NCBI RefSeq assembly: GCF_963921235.1
Contig: NC_086097.1
Location: 228,100,001 to 228,164,000 of the forward strand
Length of the DNA stretch: 64,000 nucleotides
Reading direction: 5' to 3'
From: Mobula hypostoma
Lineage: Eukaryota
The stretch's first letter is position 1. Each line of letters begins with the position of its first letter. The notes beneath the pieces are model-generated. The model saw only the letters and a list, made by a program, of their open reading frames with translations. It was not told the origin of the DNA and ran no database searches. Positions 1-12,053 of the stretch are shown here, one piece after another. Both the position numbers and the translations under genes were made by a program.

Positions 1-241
1 CTATGTTCACAGACTTAGAAGTGGAATCTCCAACACTGATTAGAAGTTACTGTTTGATCAGACTGCTTCCAGCAATGCTTTGATGTTGAGAAGCTAATGT
101 AAAACTGTCAACTGTCAACTTTACTTTAGAAGTCAGAAGGAAGTTTAGATTTTAAAAGGGATTGTGGAAGCTATTGAAACTAAACAGAAAAAGTAACTAT
201 GATCTACACCAAGTTCTCTACCATTAAGTAGCAATAATATT

Positions 242-1030
242 CAAAATTCAAATTAAATTTATTATTAAAGTATTCGTCACCATATTCAACACTGAGATTT
301 GTTTTCATGTGGGGCATACACAGTAAATCCAAGAAGCACAATAAAATTAATAAATAATTAATGAAGACCACACCCAGCAGGATGGACAAAAGACAACAAC
401 CTGCAAATTAAAAAAATAATAATAAATAAGCATTAAATATCCAGAAGAGTTCTTGAAAATAAGTCCATAGGCTGCAGGAACAGTTCTGAGATAGGGTGAG
501 TGAAATTGAGGAAAATAACCCCCTTTCGTTCAAGAGCCTGATAGTTGAGGGGTAATAACTGTTCCTGAACATGGTGGTGTGAGTCCTGAGGCTCCTGTAC
601 CTTCTTTCTGATGCCAGCAGTGAAATGAGTGCATAGCTTGGATGGTGGGGAGCCCTTGATGATGGATGTTGCTTTCCTGTGACAGTGCTCCATGTAGATG
701 TGCTCAATGGTAGGGAGGGATTTACCCATGATGGACTGGGCTATATTCATTACTCTTTGTCGGATTTTCCATTCAAGGGTATTGGGTGTTTCCATACCAA
801 GCTGTGATGCAACCAGTCAAGATACTCTCCACCACATGACCATAAAAGTTTATCAAATTTTTAAATGTCATGCTGAACCTTCGCAAACTTCTGTGGAAGT
901 GGAAACACTGCCATGCTCTCTTTGTAATGATACTTACATGCTGGACTCAGGGCAGATCCTCCGAAATGATAATACTGAGGAATTTGAAGTTGCTGACCCT
1001 CTCCACCTCTGATCCCCTGATGAAGACTGG
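242..1030 (-). mobile_element. Rex1/Babar-type LINE, 5'-truncated degenerate 3' end (RT C-terminus plus 3' UTR)
   Basis: Minus-strand ORF pieces 'LPTIEHIYMEHCHRKATSIIKG' and 'RRYRSLRTHTTMFRNSYYPSTIRLLN' match the C-terminal region of Rex1/Babar RT proteins, with frameshifts. Boundaries approximate. Confidence 0.8.
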
Positions 1031-1475
1031 TTTCAATAATAGCATCCAGGTTTCTGCGGAAGGAGCCTTAGCTTGATGTAATACTCAAACCTGATGATTA
1101 ATTATCACCTAAGCTATACGGTTAAATAAGAAACATTAGCACAAACTATTAATTTATTAGGTAAAATCCAGAGGACATACTTAAACATTTTCTACAATCT
1201 TTAAAGTCATAAAAATTGTTGAGATCGAATTAATTGTAGTATGTAAGAGAATTGCCTCACACACAACACCTGCAAGACCCTGACCAGTCTACCGACACAC
1301 AATAAACTGTTGTTTGATAGTATGGGTTCATGACAAGACCCTGAAATGCACGCTCTACCTCTCAGGTTGTGGAGCCACTTTTCAACAACAGCAGATATTG
1401 ATAATCACTCCCCCTGTCTAAAATGCCAGTAGAGCCTTTGGTCAATTACGGAAAAGAGTATTTGAAAACAGTTTA

Positions 1476-1544
1476 GGAGTATGGTTAGGGGTATGATTCT
1501 CACTTTGGGTGTGAGAGGTCTCAAGTTTAAATCCCAAAGAGCTC
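1476..1544 (+). pseudogene. tRNA-Pro(TGG) pseudogene
   Basis: TGGTTAGGGGTATGATTCTCACTTTGGGTGTGAGAGGTCTCAAGTTTAAATCCCAAAGAGCTC aligns to vertebrate tRNA-Pro (GGCTCGTTGGTCTAGGGGTATGATTCTCGCTTTGGGTGCGAGAGGTCCCGGGTTCAAATCCCGGACGAGCCC). The anticodon arm CTCAC-TTTGGGT-GTGAG pairs, but the T-stem, B-box (GTTTAAA) and acceptor stem are disrupted. Confidence 0.85.
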
Positions 1545-1555
1545 TCCTTTGTATC

Positions 1556-1996
1556 CATGAAACCATCCCCCTTCTTGGACTCTGTCTATACTTCTTGCAG
1601 TTTCACTAAAGCAGCCAGCAGAATCAAAGACCCCACTCACTCTAGAAATTCTCCCTTCTCCCCTCTTCCATTGGGCAGAAGTTACAAAAGCCTGAAAGCA
1701 CATACAACCAGGGTCTATGACAGTTTCATCCCCACTTTTATTAGACTATTAAATGGTCACATAGTATGGTAAGATGGTCTCTTAACCTCTTGTCCTCACA
1801 TTCTACCCCATCCTGATCTTGCGCCTTACTGTTTACTGCACTGAACTTTCTTTGTAGCTGATACTTTCTTCATTCTACCTTACTATTGTTTTACCTTGTT
1901 CTGATTCAATGCATTATCTAATGGTCTCTGTACGAACGACATACAAAACAAGCTTTTCATTGTATGTGACAATCAACAAAATTCCAATTCCAATTC
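1556..1996 (+). mobile_element. Rex1/Babar-type LINE 3' fragment
   Basis: ORF 'KAASRIKDPTHSRNSPFSPLPLGRSYKSLKAHTTRVYDSFIPTFIRLLNG' followed by 3' UTR and a CCAATT-repeat tail. Confidence 0.75.
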
Positions 1997-2049
1997 TAAA
2001 GACCTGGCATCAATCTCATTGTCTCATGTTCAGAAGTTCATGCCCTCTT

Positions 2050-2352
2050 ATATGCTTGTGATGTTTGGGCTACCTCCAGCAGTCGCTTCAAGGCACTAGA
2101 AAATAGCTCCTCAAAACCCTCCAAACTGACCAGGAAGATAACCAAACAGACATCAGCTCTTCTCTCCGGCTAATGTCCCCAGCATTTATGCCTGAGTTAC
2201 CCTCAATTGGTAACATTGGGCAGGCTACATTGACTCCTGAAAGAAGTTCTCTGTTGTGAGCTCTATCTTGAGAAAATATACCGAGCAGACAGGGAAAAAG
2301 ATGAAACGATGTATTCAAAATTCCTTAAAGAAGCACAACATCCCCACTGACA
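2050..2352 (+). mobile_element. Old RTE-clade LINE remnant (RT C-terminal region)
   Basis: Degenerate match to RTE C-terminal coding sequence (…GCTAATGTCCCCAGCATT…TGGGCAGGCTACATTG…AAGAAGCACAACATCCCCACTGAC). No open frame. Confidence 0.55.
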
Positions 2353-2468
2353 AGCAGCAATGTAATGCTCAGACTTTATAAGGCATTCGTCAGACCACAT
2401 TTGGAGTACCTGAGCAGTTGGGGCCCTATATCTAAGAAAGGATGTGCTGGCAGGATCCAAAGGAGGTT
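2352..2468 (+). mobile_element. CR1 LINE RT fragment
   Basis: Encodes 'MLRLYKAFVRPHLEY', the CR1 LYKxLVRPHLEY motif. Confidence 0.75.
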
Positions 2469-2484
2469 GAAAGAGGACATGTCA

Positions 2485-3040
2485 GTGGTTATATTTCACT
2501 GGGAGTTTGAGGAGATTTGGTATGTCACTGAGCACTTTCAAATGTCTGCAGCTGTATTGTGGAGAGCATTCCAACTGGTTGCATCACTGTCTGGTATGGA
2601 GGAGCCACAGCACAAGATTGGAAAAAGCTGCAGAGGGTTGCAAACTCGGCCAGATTCATCATGGGCACTTGCCTCCCTGGCAACAGGGACGCCCTCAGAA
2701 GGCGATGCCTCAGAAAGCCAGCATCCATCATTAAGGAGCACACATAAAAGTTGCTGCCTGGCCTGCTGCGTTCACCAGCAACTTTTATGTGTGTTGCTTG
2801 AATTTCCAGCATCTGCAGAATTCCTGTTGTATCCATCATTAAGGACCCCCTTCACCCAGGACGTGCCCACCGCTCATTACTACCAGCAGGGAGCCTGAAG
2901 ACACACACTCAATGTTTTAGGAACAGCTTCTTGCCCTCTTCTATCAGACTTCTGAATGGACAATGAAACCTATGAACAGTACTTCACTATATTTTCCTCT
3001 TTTGGCTCTGCTTATTTAATTTTGTATGTACAGTATATAC
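2485..3040 (+). mobile_element. Rex1/Babar-type LINE 3' fragment interrupted by a PLE insertion
   Basis: 'ESIPTGCITVWYGGATAQDWKKLQRVANSARFIMGTCLP…RRCLRKPASIIK'. The element resumes after 2830. Confidence 0.8.
2738..2830 (+). mobile_element. 93-bp Penelope-like terminal (pLTR) fragment with 15-bp TSD
   Basis: Flanked by ATCCATCATTAAGGA at 2723-2737 and 2831-2845. Internal inverted repeat CACACATAAAAGTTGCTG/CAGCAACTTTTATGTGTG. Same terminal sequence as the PLE at 51015-51709. Confidence 0.8.
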
Positions 3041-3904
3041 AGACATTCTTCAATGTCTTCAAATAATAATACCCTCTACCTCTATTCATTTTCAAAATCT
3101 TAAGGGCCAACACTTGGGTTTCTTTTTTTCTGTACTAAGTTAAAATTTTATTAGAATGTCGAAAATATTGATGCTTGATCTGAGTAAATAAATTCTTTAA
3201 TGTCCTTAGAGGAAGGATGACTGGCATCCTTGCCTAATTCGGCCTAATATGCGATTGACTGTCATTACATTAATGGAGAAAAATATCAAGGCAAGTAACG
3301 AGTAAAAACTTGGGCGTATTGCTGCATAAACATTCACACGTCAAAGCATTTTTGATATGTTGCTCAAAAATCCATCCTGGGTAAATTACTAGATTATATA
3401 ATTAAGGTTAGAGGACCCAAACACTTAGAAACTGCAGCTGTTTACAGAGAGATGACATTGATTTGTGAAAGATTGATCATGTCTAATTAACCTAATTGAT
3501 TTTTTTGAAAGGGCATCTAAAAGTAATCAGAAGTCTTCTTCATATGGGCTTGAGCCACTTAATAAGCTTCATTAATAATTACAGTGATAACATTTAAATT
3601 GCCAGAATTGAAGACAAATTTTAAAAGGTTGTTTGAAATCATAGAATGATATAGGATAGAGGAGGCTATTAAGGCCCCCATGCTTATATTGGCTCTCTGT
3701 TAGATTCAGTTAGTTGATACAATTAATTCCCACAATCTTAATATTTTAGGGCCAATTGAAAATCCTGTAGTACCCTTGAGTTGGTAGTGGATAGGGTAAA
3801 TGTGGAAAATCAGAATAAACTGTCCATTCTCCAGCAAACCAGGTCAATTTGCACAAAAGGAGAGTCGAATTAAAGAGTGGAGAAAACAGACTAGCTACAA
3901 AAGA

Positions 3905-4090
3905 TCCAATGAGCCAAATGGCCTAATTCTGCTCCTATGTTTTATGGTCCTCTTGGAGATTGATAGGTTCTTGATTAGTAAGGATGTCAAAGGTTCTGAG
4001 GAGAAAGCTGTGGAATAGGGTTGAGAGGAATAATAAATCACCCACGGTTGCATGGCAAAGCAGACTCAAATGGCCTAATTCTGCTCCATT
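3905..4090 (+). mobile_element. CR1 LINE 3' end fragments
   Basis: CR1 3' UTR motif AATGGCCTAATTCTGCTCC occurs twice, plus GATAGGTTCTTGATTAGTAAGG. Confidence 0.7.
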
Positions 4091-4579
4091 CATCGAAAGC
4101 AAGACCATTTCAGCAGGACGTAAGCTTGCAAAAAATGGAGGACAGCTGCACAAGCGATCCAGTGCTTCAGGTCAGTATGGCTACTGACAGGAAAGTGCAA
4201 CAGTCGTCATTAACAATGAAGTTATCTGATCAACCCACACTATCTGCTGTATGAAATGAGCAGCTGTTGGTCCTTTGCCACTGTAGTTCTAGGGAAGGAG
4301 ATCACAGTCTGAAAGAATTCTCCATGGCAGCCTCAGTCCTACAGAAGAAAGCTGCCGTGGGACGAAGAGAAAACCTAAAGAAGGTGTGTACGTGCCTTCA
4401 GTATAGGTGGCCGCACTTCCACCAACGCCACGCCAATAATATCCCACAATAGTCGGTGTGAATTCATGCCCAGAAGTATCTGGTCCAGTCTTCTGCTGGA
4501 CAGAGCTTCCACTGAAAATTGTCACTATCACGTCAAAACATAGGCAAAGGGATCGTATGAGTGATTTATGGAAGCAACG

Positions 4580-4950
4580 TACTTCCTTATTTACCTCCCA
4601 TTATGTAGCTGGTGTTCAGGACAGCAATGAAGTTCCTCCATCTTCTTGGCAGTGTTCAGGGCTTCCTTTGTCATGCCAGAAGCTTCCTCTCTGTTTTCAT
4701 TACTGTCAGTCATGCAGGTCCCAGGTGGAGACTCAGGAATACCATTGCATACAATGAGAAAGATTCTTCATTGCTGTTTGGGTAACAGTTTTGTTTCTTA
4801 ACCCTGAGCTGAACCCCTGATCCTGGAGGACCAGTGAACCACTCTTAGTCTGGATGCCATCCTTTGACTTTTTTGACCTGGGTGACCCTACTAAGAGCCA
4901 AAGCATAATGTCCTGACTCCAGCCTCCAGGTTGTGGTCCTTTTGGGAGTT
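4580..4950 (-). mobile_element. Short RTE-related retroposon, antisense
   Basis: Reverse strand resembles an RTE 3' end (…AGATGGAGGAACTTCATTGCTGTCCTGAACACCAG…) joined to a short 5' region. No ORF. Confidence 0.45.
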
Positions 4951-5374
4951 ATGGAAGCAAAGCAAGTGTAAACTGCTGCAATTTATCAGCTTGTGTGTGG
5001 ATGTAAGAAATGACACATGTCTATTGTTCCATTGCACTTGAGCCACAAGAGAAAGGGAAAAATGTACGTTGACTTCATTGAAGCATTTTTCAGAGTCATG
5101 GGTAAAATAAGAGTCATCCACAAAATGAAATGCAAGGAAAGGCATTAAAATAGTCCTACATAGAAATATAAAGACCGGAGGTACCATGTTATCGAGTGAC
5201 AGATACCACATTGGGTGGTAGGGAACACATGCCACCACAATGGGTCTGGTAAGGCATAATTGGTATTGACATCTGGGTTCTTCTCACTCAAAGTACATAG
5301 CATTTACTTGATAAATGGGAATCGCCATGAGCAATGTTCATCTGTCTGATCAGTGAAGCTGGTATGACGTCTGC

Positions 5375-5731
5375 AGAATCAGAATCAGGTTTATTATCAC
5401 CAGCATGTGACGTGAAATTTGTTAACTTAGCAGCAGCAGTTCAATGTAATGCAAAATCTAGCAGAGAAAAAAATAATAAATAAAATTTTAAAAATAATAA
5501 TAAATAAACAAGTATTGTAAATCAATTACTCTACGTATATTGAATTGATTTTTTAAAAAGTGCAAAAACAGAAATAATTTATTTTTTTTTAAAGGTGAGG
5601 TAGTGTCCAAAGATTCAATGTCCATTTAGGAATTGGATGGCAGAGGGGAAGAAGCTGTTCCTAAATCACTGAGTGTGCGCCTTCAGGCTTCTGTACCTCC
5701 TACCTGATGGTAACAGTGAGAAAAGGGCATG
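5375..5731 (-). mobile_element. Rex1/Babar-type LINE 3' end
   Basis: (CAGAAT)n tail, the reverse of (ATTCTG)n. Highly similar to the reverse complement of 9100-9430. Confidence 0.85.
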
Positions 5732-5899
5732 TAAAGTGTTTAGATAGTTTTGTTCCTAAATTCTATTTCTTCTGATTACAAGGGTTTATTGCAAGAACCC
5801 CATCATTTCTCTTTCAGCCTCATCAGCCATCCTGAAAATGAATACAAACTGACCCAAAACAGAATCTTCTTCCAGGTCAGGGAGGGGCATCTCAGAAAG

Positions 5900-5985
5900 A
5901 AGAAAGGTCTTGGCCCAAAACATTAACTGTTTACTCTTTTCTGTAGGTACTACCTGACCTGCTGAGTTCCTCCAGTACTTGCAGT
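5900..5985 (+). mobile_element. PLE terminal fragment with partial, dead hammerhead
   Basis: GAAGGTCTTGGCCCAAAACATTAACTG…CCTGCTGAGTTCCTCCAG, homologous to the 3' end of 51015-51709. Confidence 0.65.
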
Positions 5986-7114
5986 AGTTAATTAAAAAGC
6001 TCCTTTGATAATATAGGAAAAGGAAAAAGAGCAAATGAGAGAGTGGCCAACAACTGTTAAGTGTTACCAGCATGAATGTTTGAGGAAAGGATGTGGGATT
6101 CTCTTTGACTGTGGCCTCTTAGTAAGGGTGCAAAGTTTGCAGTTTGGAAGCATAAGCCTTTCTTGGCTAATGTGCCTTATTAATTGCAGTGTATTTTATA
6201 ATATATGATCTTGGGGTGGATTTTTGAGGTAATCCTATCAGAAAACTGATGTGATTTTTGAAATTGTAGTTTAGTTATCTAAATGGAGTTAAGAAAATTT
6301 GGCTGGCCCATATTATTTGGATCTGGAACAGCAGTTTTCTCATCTGATGATCCCAGGGATCCTCCAAGCACCATAAAAGGAACAACCACAGAGTTTAGAG
6401 TGAATGTTGTCAGGATTACTTGTGTGAAGTGTGGGTGCACCTGAAAACAACTAGGGAATTCAGAGGAGCAATTTCTGCATAACTTCTTCAACCTAGGACT
6501 AGACCTCCATTACATGTTCTCCCGGGGTGGGTTTTCTCCAGGTGCTCCTAGTGTAGGCAGATGACAGGGAAATTAATGGAGGAATGGGAATGATAGAAGT
6601 CTTCTAAAAGCAAGCATAAGTGATGGGCTGAACAACTATAAAGATTAAGTATCAATTAATCTTACAGTTGCTTTGCTATTTGCTGTTAGACACCCTGAAT
6701 TCTCCCCATGCTTGTGCTCATTCTGTATATTGCTGTTGTGGCTTAATTTACTTTCTCATGGTCAAGGCCAGATGTGCCCAAGGCAGTGGAGCACCTGCAG
6801 AGTGGCCAGTGTGTAGAAGATCAGGGTATGCCCGCTGTTGAGCATAGGGGAGGTCTATGGAGGAGGTGGCATTTGGGAGAGTCGGCTGCTTTTGCTTGAA
6901 ATCGGTAGACCAGGTGTGAGTTTGAGTGGTGAGAGGTCTTCCCTATGGAGAGTTCAGCAGGACAGTGAAATCCCTGTCTGTTTGGTGCACTGTGGCTCAA
7001 GAGGTTGATGATTTGCCACAACTAGGTGCCGGCAGCAGTTCCATGACTTCCCATTGGAAAAAGCCTCAAGTACCAATGATCACCAAAGTAATTCAGAATT
7101 TCTTTCTCCTGAGA

Positions 7115-7485
7115 ACAGGAGGTATAGGACATGGAACATTTGGCCTACAATGTTGTGCCAACCTTTCGACCTGTTCTAAGATCAATAAAGCTCTTCCCTC
7201 CCACATAACCCTCCATGTTCCTATCATCTATAGTCTCTTAATTCTTTAATGTATTTTTCTCTACCACCACTGCTGACAGGATTTTTAATGGTCTCGCCAC
7301 TCTCTGTGTAAAAGAATACTTTCCTCCTGTCACCTTGAAATTATGCCATTAGTCATTTCTGCCCTGGGGAAAAAGTCTCTGACTGTTCACTCTATCTATG
7401 CCTCTTATCATCTTGTATGCCTATATCAAGTCATCTCTTATCCTCTTTCACTCCAAAGAGAAATGACATACCTTGCTCAACCTAG
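7115..7485 (-). mobile_element. CR1 LINE 3' fragment
   Basis: Degenerate homolog of 9586-10000 (CCCTGGGGAAAAAGTCTCTGAC…CTCTTATCATCTTGTA). Confidence 0.7.
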
Positions 7486-8596
7486 CTGGGTAAGATTCCA
7501 TCCACAACAAGCCCTGTCTGCAACCTGCCTCGTAAGGTTGGAGTGCAATGCTGGGAGCGCAAAGTTACAACGAGAAGAAAATCAAAGCTTTGAGGAAATA
7601 TGCAATGTGCTTTATTTTGAACTCTTATTTCTTACTGGTTTTGAATAATACACAAGATCAGTTAGACTTAGTTTTGTCCTTAAGTCGTCTGTTAATCGAC
7701 TGCTACTACTAAACAAAGATCCAGCTCTGAGCTTTGAGGCCTCAGCCTCATTTCAGTTGGAAGGTATGCTTTGGATCCCTACAGATGACAATTTTGTTCT
7801 GGGCAGATTTCCATCCGCAGAAAAGCTGGTCAGCTGGGACACCAGCCAGTAATTGGAGAAATGTAAAGCAAAGGGTGAGATCGTGGCCTTCGGTGATTTT
7901 GTAGAACTGGGGTCATCTTGTCTTTTCAGTGACTCCAAATAAAATTAACGTGTTTCTATTTTTTCCTAAATGCTGGGTACTTGAGGTTTTAATCGAAATG
8001 TATGTGGAGCTTCTGCTGCAGTTCTGGTTCTGATATGCTTGCAAAGTGCCCAGCCTCCCGTACAGGAGGCCAAGTTTTGCTTCCAGACTCCTCCTGCCTG
8101 TGTATGTTTACATCAGTGCGGTAATTGAATTCCCACTGACTGTGCATAAGTCATGACTAAGGGTTTTATTAAATGACATGAGAAGGCTAGTCTTACTTGA
8201 GATTGTATTGCAGTCGCTCTCTGCTCCTGGCATAAGCCAGTAGTCTTCAGCTCCTCTAGTCTTTGCTGTAAATTGTTCAATATGTTACTTAATCCAACCG
8301 AATCTTAATTTCATATTCTTGATGATCAAGTATATTTCAGGAGGTAAATAGATTACATAAATTATTCTTCTCAGATATGAAAGTGAATCAATAAAAATGA
8401 ACATTTAAAATATATATTTTAAATATATTTTTAGGTGAGGATATAAGAATTTTAAATCCCCTAAGAATCTTGTTTGTTGTTCAAACAAACTAAAGCCACA
8501 CTCAGTGAAATCATACCATTCCTACATGTCAACTTTTTTAAAAGCTCCTTAGGATAGCGTTCATACATGAATACCAAACATTACTATTGTAATAAG

Positions 8597-9430
8597 CCAA
8601 CTCGTGGAGCAGTGTCACAGCAACATCCTGACACTCAACGTCAGTAAGATGAAAGAGCTGATTGTGGACTTCAGGAAGGGTAAGACGAAGGAACACATAC
8701 CAATCCTCATAGGGGGATCAGAAGTGGAGAGACTGAGCAGTTTCAAGTTCCTGGGTGTCAAGATCTCTGAGAATCTAACCTGGCCCCAACATATCGATGT
8801 AGTTATAAAGAAGACAAGACAGCAGCTATACTTCATTTAGAGTTTGAAGAGATTTGGCATGTCAACAAATACACTCAAAAACTTCTATAGATGTACCGTG
8901 GAGAGCATTCTGACAGGCTGCATCACTGTCTGGTCTGGGAGTGCTACTGCACGGGACTGGAAGAAGCTGCAGAGGGTTGTAAATCTAGTCAGCTCCATCT
9001 TGGGCACTAGCCTACAAAGTACCCAGGGCATCTTCAGGGAGCGGTGTCTGAGAAAGGCAGTGTCAATTATTAAGGACCTCCAGCACCCAGTGCATGCCCT
9101 TTTCTCACTGTTACTATCAGGAGGGAGGTACAAAAGCCGGAAGGCACACACTCAGCAATTCAGGAACAGCTTCTTCCCTTCTGCCATCCGATTTGTAAAT
9201 GGACATTGAACCCTTGGACATTACCTCACTTTTTGTAATATACAGTATTTCTGTTTATTGCATGTTTTTAATCTATTCAATATACGTATACTTTAATTGA
9301 TTTACTTATTAATTATTATTATTCTATTTTTGTTATATTTTTCTATTCTAGATTATGTATTGCATTGCTGCTAAGTTAACAAATTTCACATCACATGCCA
9401 GTGATAATAAACCTGCTTCTGATTCTGATT
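8597..9430 (+). mobile_element. Rex1/Babar-type LINE, 5'-truncated
   Basis: ORFs 'LTLNVSKMKELIVDFRKG…FKFLGVKISENLTW' and 'KRFGMSTNTLKNFYRCTVESILTGCITVW…FRNSFFPSAIRFVNG', split by a TAG. Ends in a (TCTGAT)n tail. Confidence 0.9.
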
Positions 9431-9585
9431 ATGGTGAACTCTCAAGGTCTGTTGGCAATGAAAAACAGAGCGTATGTCTGTCTGTTCCCCTTGCCTCTCC
9501 CTCCTCGTTCCTTCCCTTCCATCCTCCCCCTCTCCCTGCACTGGCAAGCAGGCACACATCTTTCACACACACAGTGTTTCCTCAA

Positions 9586-10473
9586 AACATAGAAACATAG
9601 AAAACCTACAGCACAATACAGGCCCTTCGGCCCACAAAGCTGTGCCGAAAATGTCCCTACCTTAGAAATTTCTAGGCTTACCTATAGCCCTCTATTTTTC
9701 TAAGCTCCATGTACCTATCCAAAAGTCTCTTAAAAGACCCTATCGTATCCGCCTCCACCACGGTTGCCGGCAGCTCATTCAAGGCACTCACCACTCTCTG
9801 AGTAAAAAACTTACCCCCAGCACCTTAAACCTGTGTCCTCTTGTGGCAACCATTTCAGCCCTGGGAAAAAAGCCTCTGACTATCCACACGATCAATGCCT
9901 CTCATCATCTTATACACCTCTATCAGGTTACCTCTCATCCTCCCCCGCTCCAAGGAGAAAAAGCCAAGTTCACTCAACCTATTCTCAAAAGGCATGCTCC
10001 CCAATCCAGGCAACATCCTTGTAAATCTCCTCTACACCCTTTCTATGGCTTCCACATCCTTCCTGTAATGAGGCGACCAGAACTAAGCACGGTACTCCAA
10101 GTGGGGTCTGACCAGGGTCCTATATAGCTGCAACATTACCTCTCGGCTGCTAAATTCAATTCCACGATTGTTGAAGGCCAGTACACCGTACGCCTTCTTA
10201 ACCACAGAGTCAACCTGCGCAGCTGCTTTGAGTGTCCTATGGACTCGGACCCCAATATCCCTCTGATCATCCACACTGCCAAGAGTCTTACCATTAATAC
10301 TATATTCTGCCATCATATTTGACCTACCAATATGAACCACCTCACACTTATCTGGGTTGAACTCCATCTGCCACTTCTCAGCCCAGTTTTGCATCCTATC
10401 GATGTCCTGCTGTAACCTCTGACAGCCCTCCACACTATCTACAACACCCCCAACCTTTGTGTTATCAGCAAAG
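9586..10473 (-). mobile_element. CR1 LINE, 5'-truncated RT and 3' end
   Basis: Minus ORF 'FADNTKVGGVVDSVEGCQRLQQDIDRMQNWAEKWQMEFNPDKC…LYRTLVRPHLEY'. (CATAGAAA)n tail at 9586-9605. Confidence 0.92.
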
Positions 10474-10537
10474 CTTACTGGGATATTTAACTTTTGGTCC
10501 TTTTTTGGGATTGTTGACTTGAACTGTTGCATGGTGC

Positions 10538-10748
10538 ATAAATTCTTCTTGGGCTTCCAGTCAGGTACAAATATAGATTATAACTAATGCTTCGATGACG
10601 AACTCTGCCACCTTCTTCAGAGATGATGCCTGGATACATCTCGACCAGTGGTATTTATACCCCCGTAGTCCATCCCTCCTGATTGGTTAGTCAGGTTTCC
10701 ACTTTCCCACCTTGTTTATAATCGAATTCTAGTTCTTACTTAGAGCAA
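10538..10748 (-). mobile_element. Second-family Penelope-like terminal insertion with 17-bp TSD
   Basis: Exact direct repeat GAACTGTTGCATGGTGC at 10521-10537 and 10749-10765. The minus strand has TATAAATA and a degenerate hammerhead core (CTGAAGA…stem II…GAAG). Confidence 0.7.
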
Positions 10749-10815
10749 GAACTGTTGCATGGTGCTTGCACAGATGTTCAACCTGTTGATATGGGTAGTT
10801 AATCCTTCTGGCAGC

Positions 10816-11042
10816 TGTTGTGTACTTAATATATCAGTAATATTTGAGTAATATTGTAAATATATTGTTTTATTAAGCATTCTTGGTTGTTTACGTAATT
10901 CATTACAGGTTATGTGTGTGAATCCCATATGTCATTACGCCACCACTTCATAACTGCGTGCCTCACTAAAGTAAAAGTGAAGCACACCTTTATCCCAGAT
11001 CTCCCGTGTTTTTCCTTTGATATAGCGTTACAAAATATAGCA
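10816..11042 (+). mobile_element. Solo LTR of the same Gypsy family as 53264-59295
   Basis: TGTTG…AGCA ends. Shares CAGTAATATTTGAGTA, TAAGCATT, GGTTAT and GTTACAAAA blocks with the LTRs at 53264-53508 and 59070-59295. TSD not clean (GCAGC/GCAAG). Confidence 0.75.
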
Positions 11043-11660
11043 GCAAGCATTGCTAAAATCTTCAGCCACACAGTTTGAAAGTTGAAGAATGCAGTTCTAA
11101 TGAGTTACAAAAGGCCTTGGAGTTTAATTCAGAGCCTCACCACCTTGTTAAAACTACTTTTCCTAAGTAAGATCAAAGAATCTTGAGCCAAAACATTGAT
11201 TTTTATTTGCTGCTCAGTTAATGTGAAATAGTTTGTCAATTACCCAATGCTTTACTCATGTTTCAGAGTTCCAAAGTTTACTCTTGATTCCACGAGGTCA
11301 GAGCCTCAAGCTCCATTTACTAATATCACAGCAGTGTATGGTTTCAGAAAGAATTGCCACATGATTACTTTGTCTTAAGGGGAGAAGAAGACATGTATCA
11401 TCTGTCTTTTCTCAGTGTTTTCCACAATTACATAGACAGTATCAGATTGAACACGAGAAAGGATGTGCTTGATTGCTTTTGAAGGACTAACCATTAATTT
11501 CTCCTGAAACAATTGTTGCTATCATTCTATACTTAATGTTAATTGAAATATTTCAGAGCTGTAATTTATATTTTAAATTTAGAATTTTTATAACTAATAT
11601 ATCGTATATTACATTAGACCTAGTCATGAAAATTAGAGAAAATTGCATGAACTTTGTGTA

Positions 11661-12053
11661 ATCACAAACAAGAGAAAATCTGCAGATGCTGGAAATCCGT
11701 GCAACACACACGATATACTGGAAGAACTCAGCAGGCTAGGCATCACCTCCCTCTGGTATATGTCCTCCTTTTCTTTCTTCCATGGCCTTCTGTCCTGTCC
11801 TATCAGACTCCCCCTTCTCCAGCCCTGTATCTTTCACTAATCAACTTTCCAGCTCTTTACTTCACCTCTCACCCACCACCCCAAGTTTCACCTATCACCT
11901 TGTGGTTCTTCCTCCCCTCCCCCCACTTTCTTACTCTGTCTCCTCACCTTTTTTTTCCAGTCCTGATGAAGTGTCTCGGCCCAAAACGCGAACCGTTTGC
12001 CCCTTTCCATAGATGCTGCTTGGCCTGCTGAGTTCTTCCGGCATTTTGTGTGC
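11661..12053 (+). mobile_element. Penelope-like element with inverted 5' pLTR and 19-bp TSD
   Basis: TSD ATTGCA(T/C)GAACTTTGTGTA at 11642-11660 and 12054-12072. The 5' part is the reverse complement of the 3' terminus. Hammerhead-like core CTGATGA at 11963. Confidence 0.85.

Noticed and set aside
4090..4460. Possible exon or Gypsy pol remnant ('TSDPVLQV…ASVLQKK')
   Set aside because: Resemblance too weak, interrupted by stops, and no convincing splice-site pair.
6760..7090. Possible L1/Tx1 LINE remnant
   Set aside because: Only a vague nucleotide resemblance, with no diagnostic motif readable.
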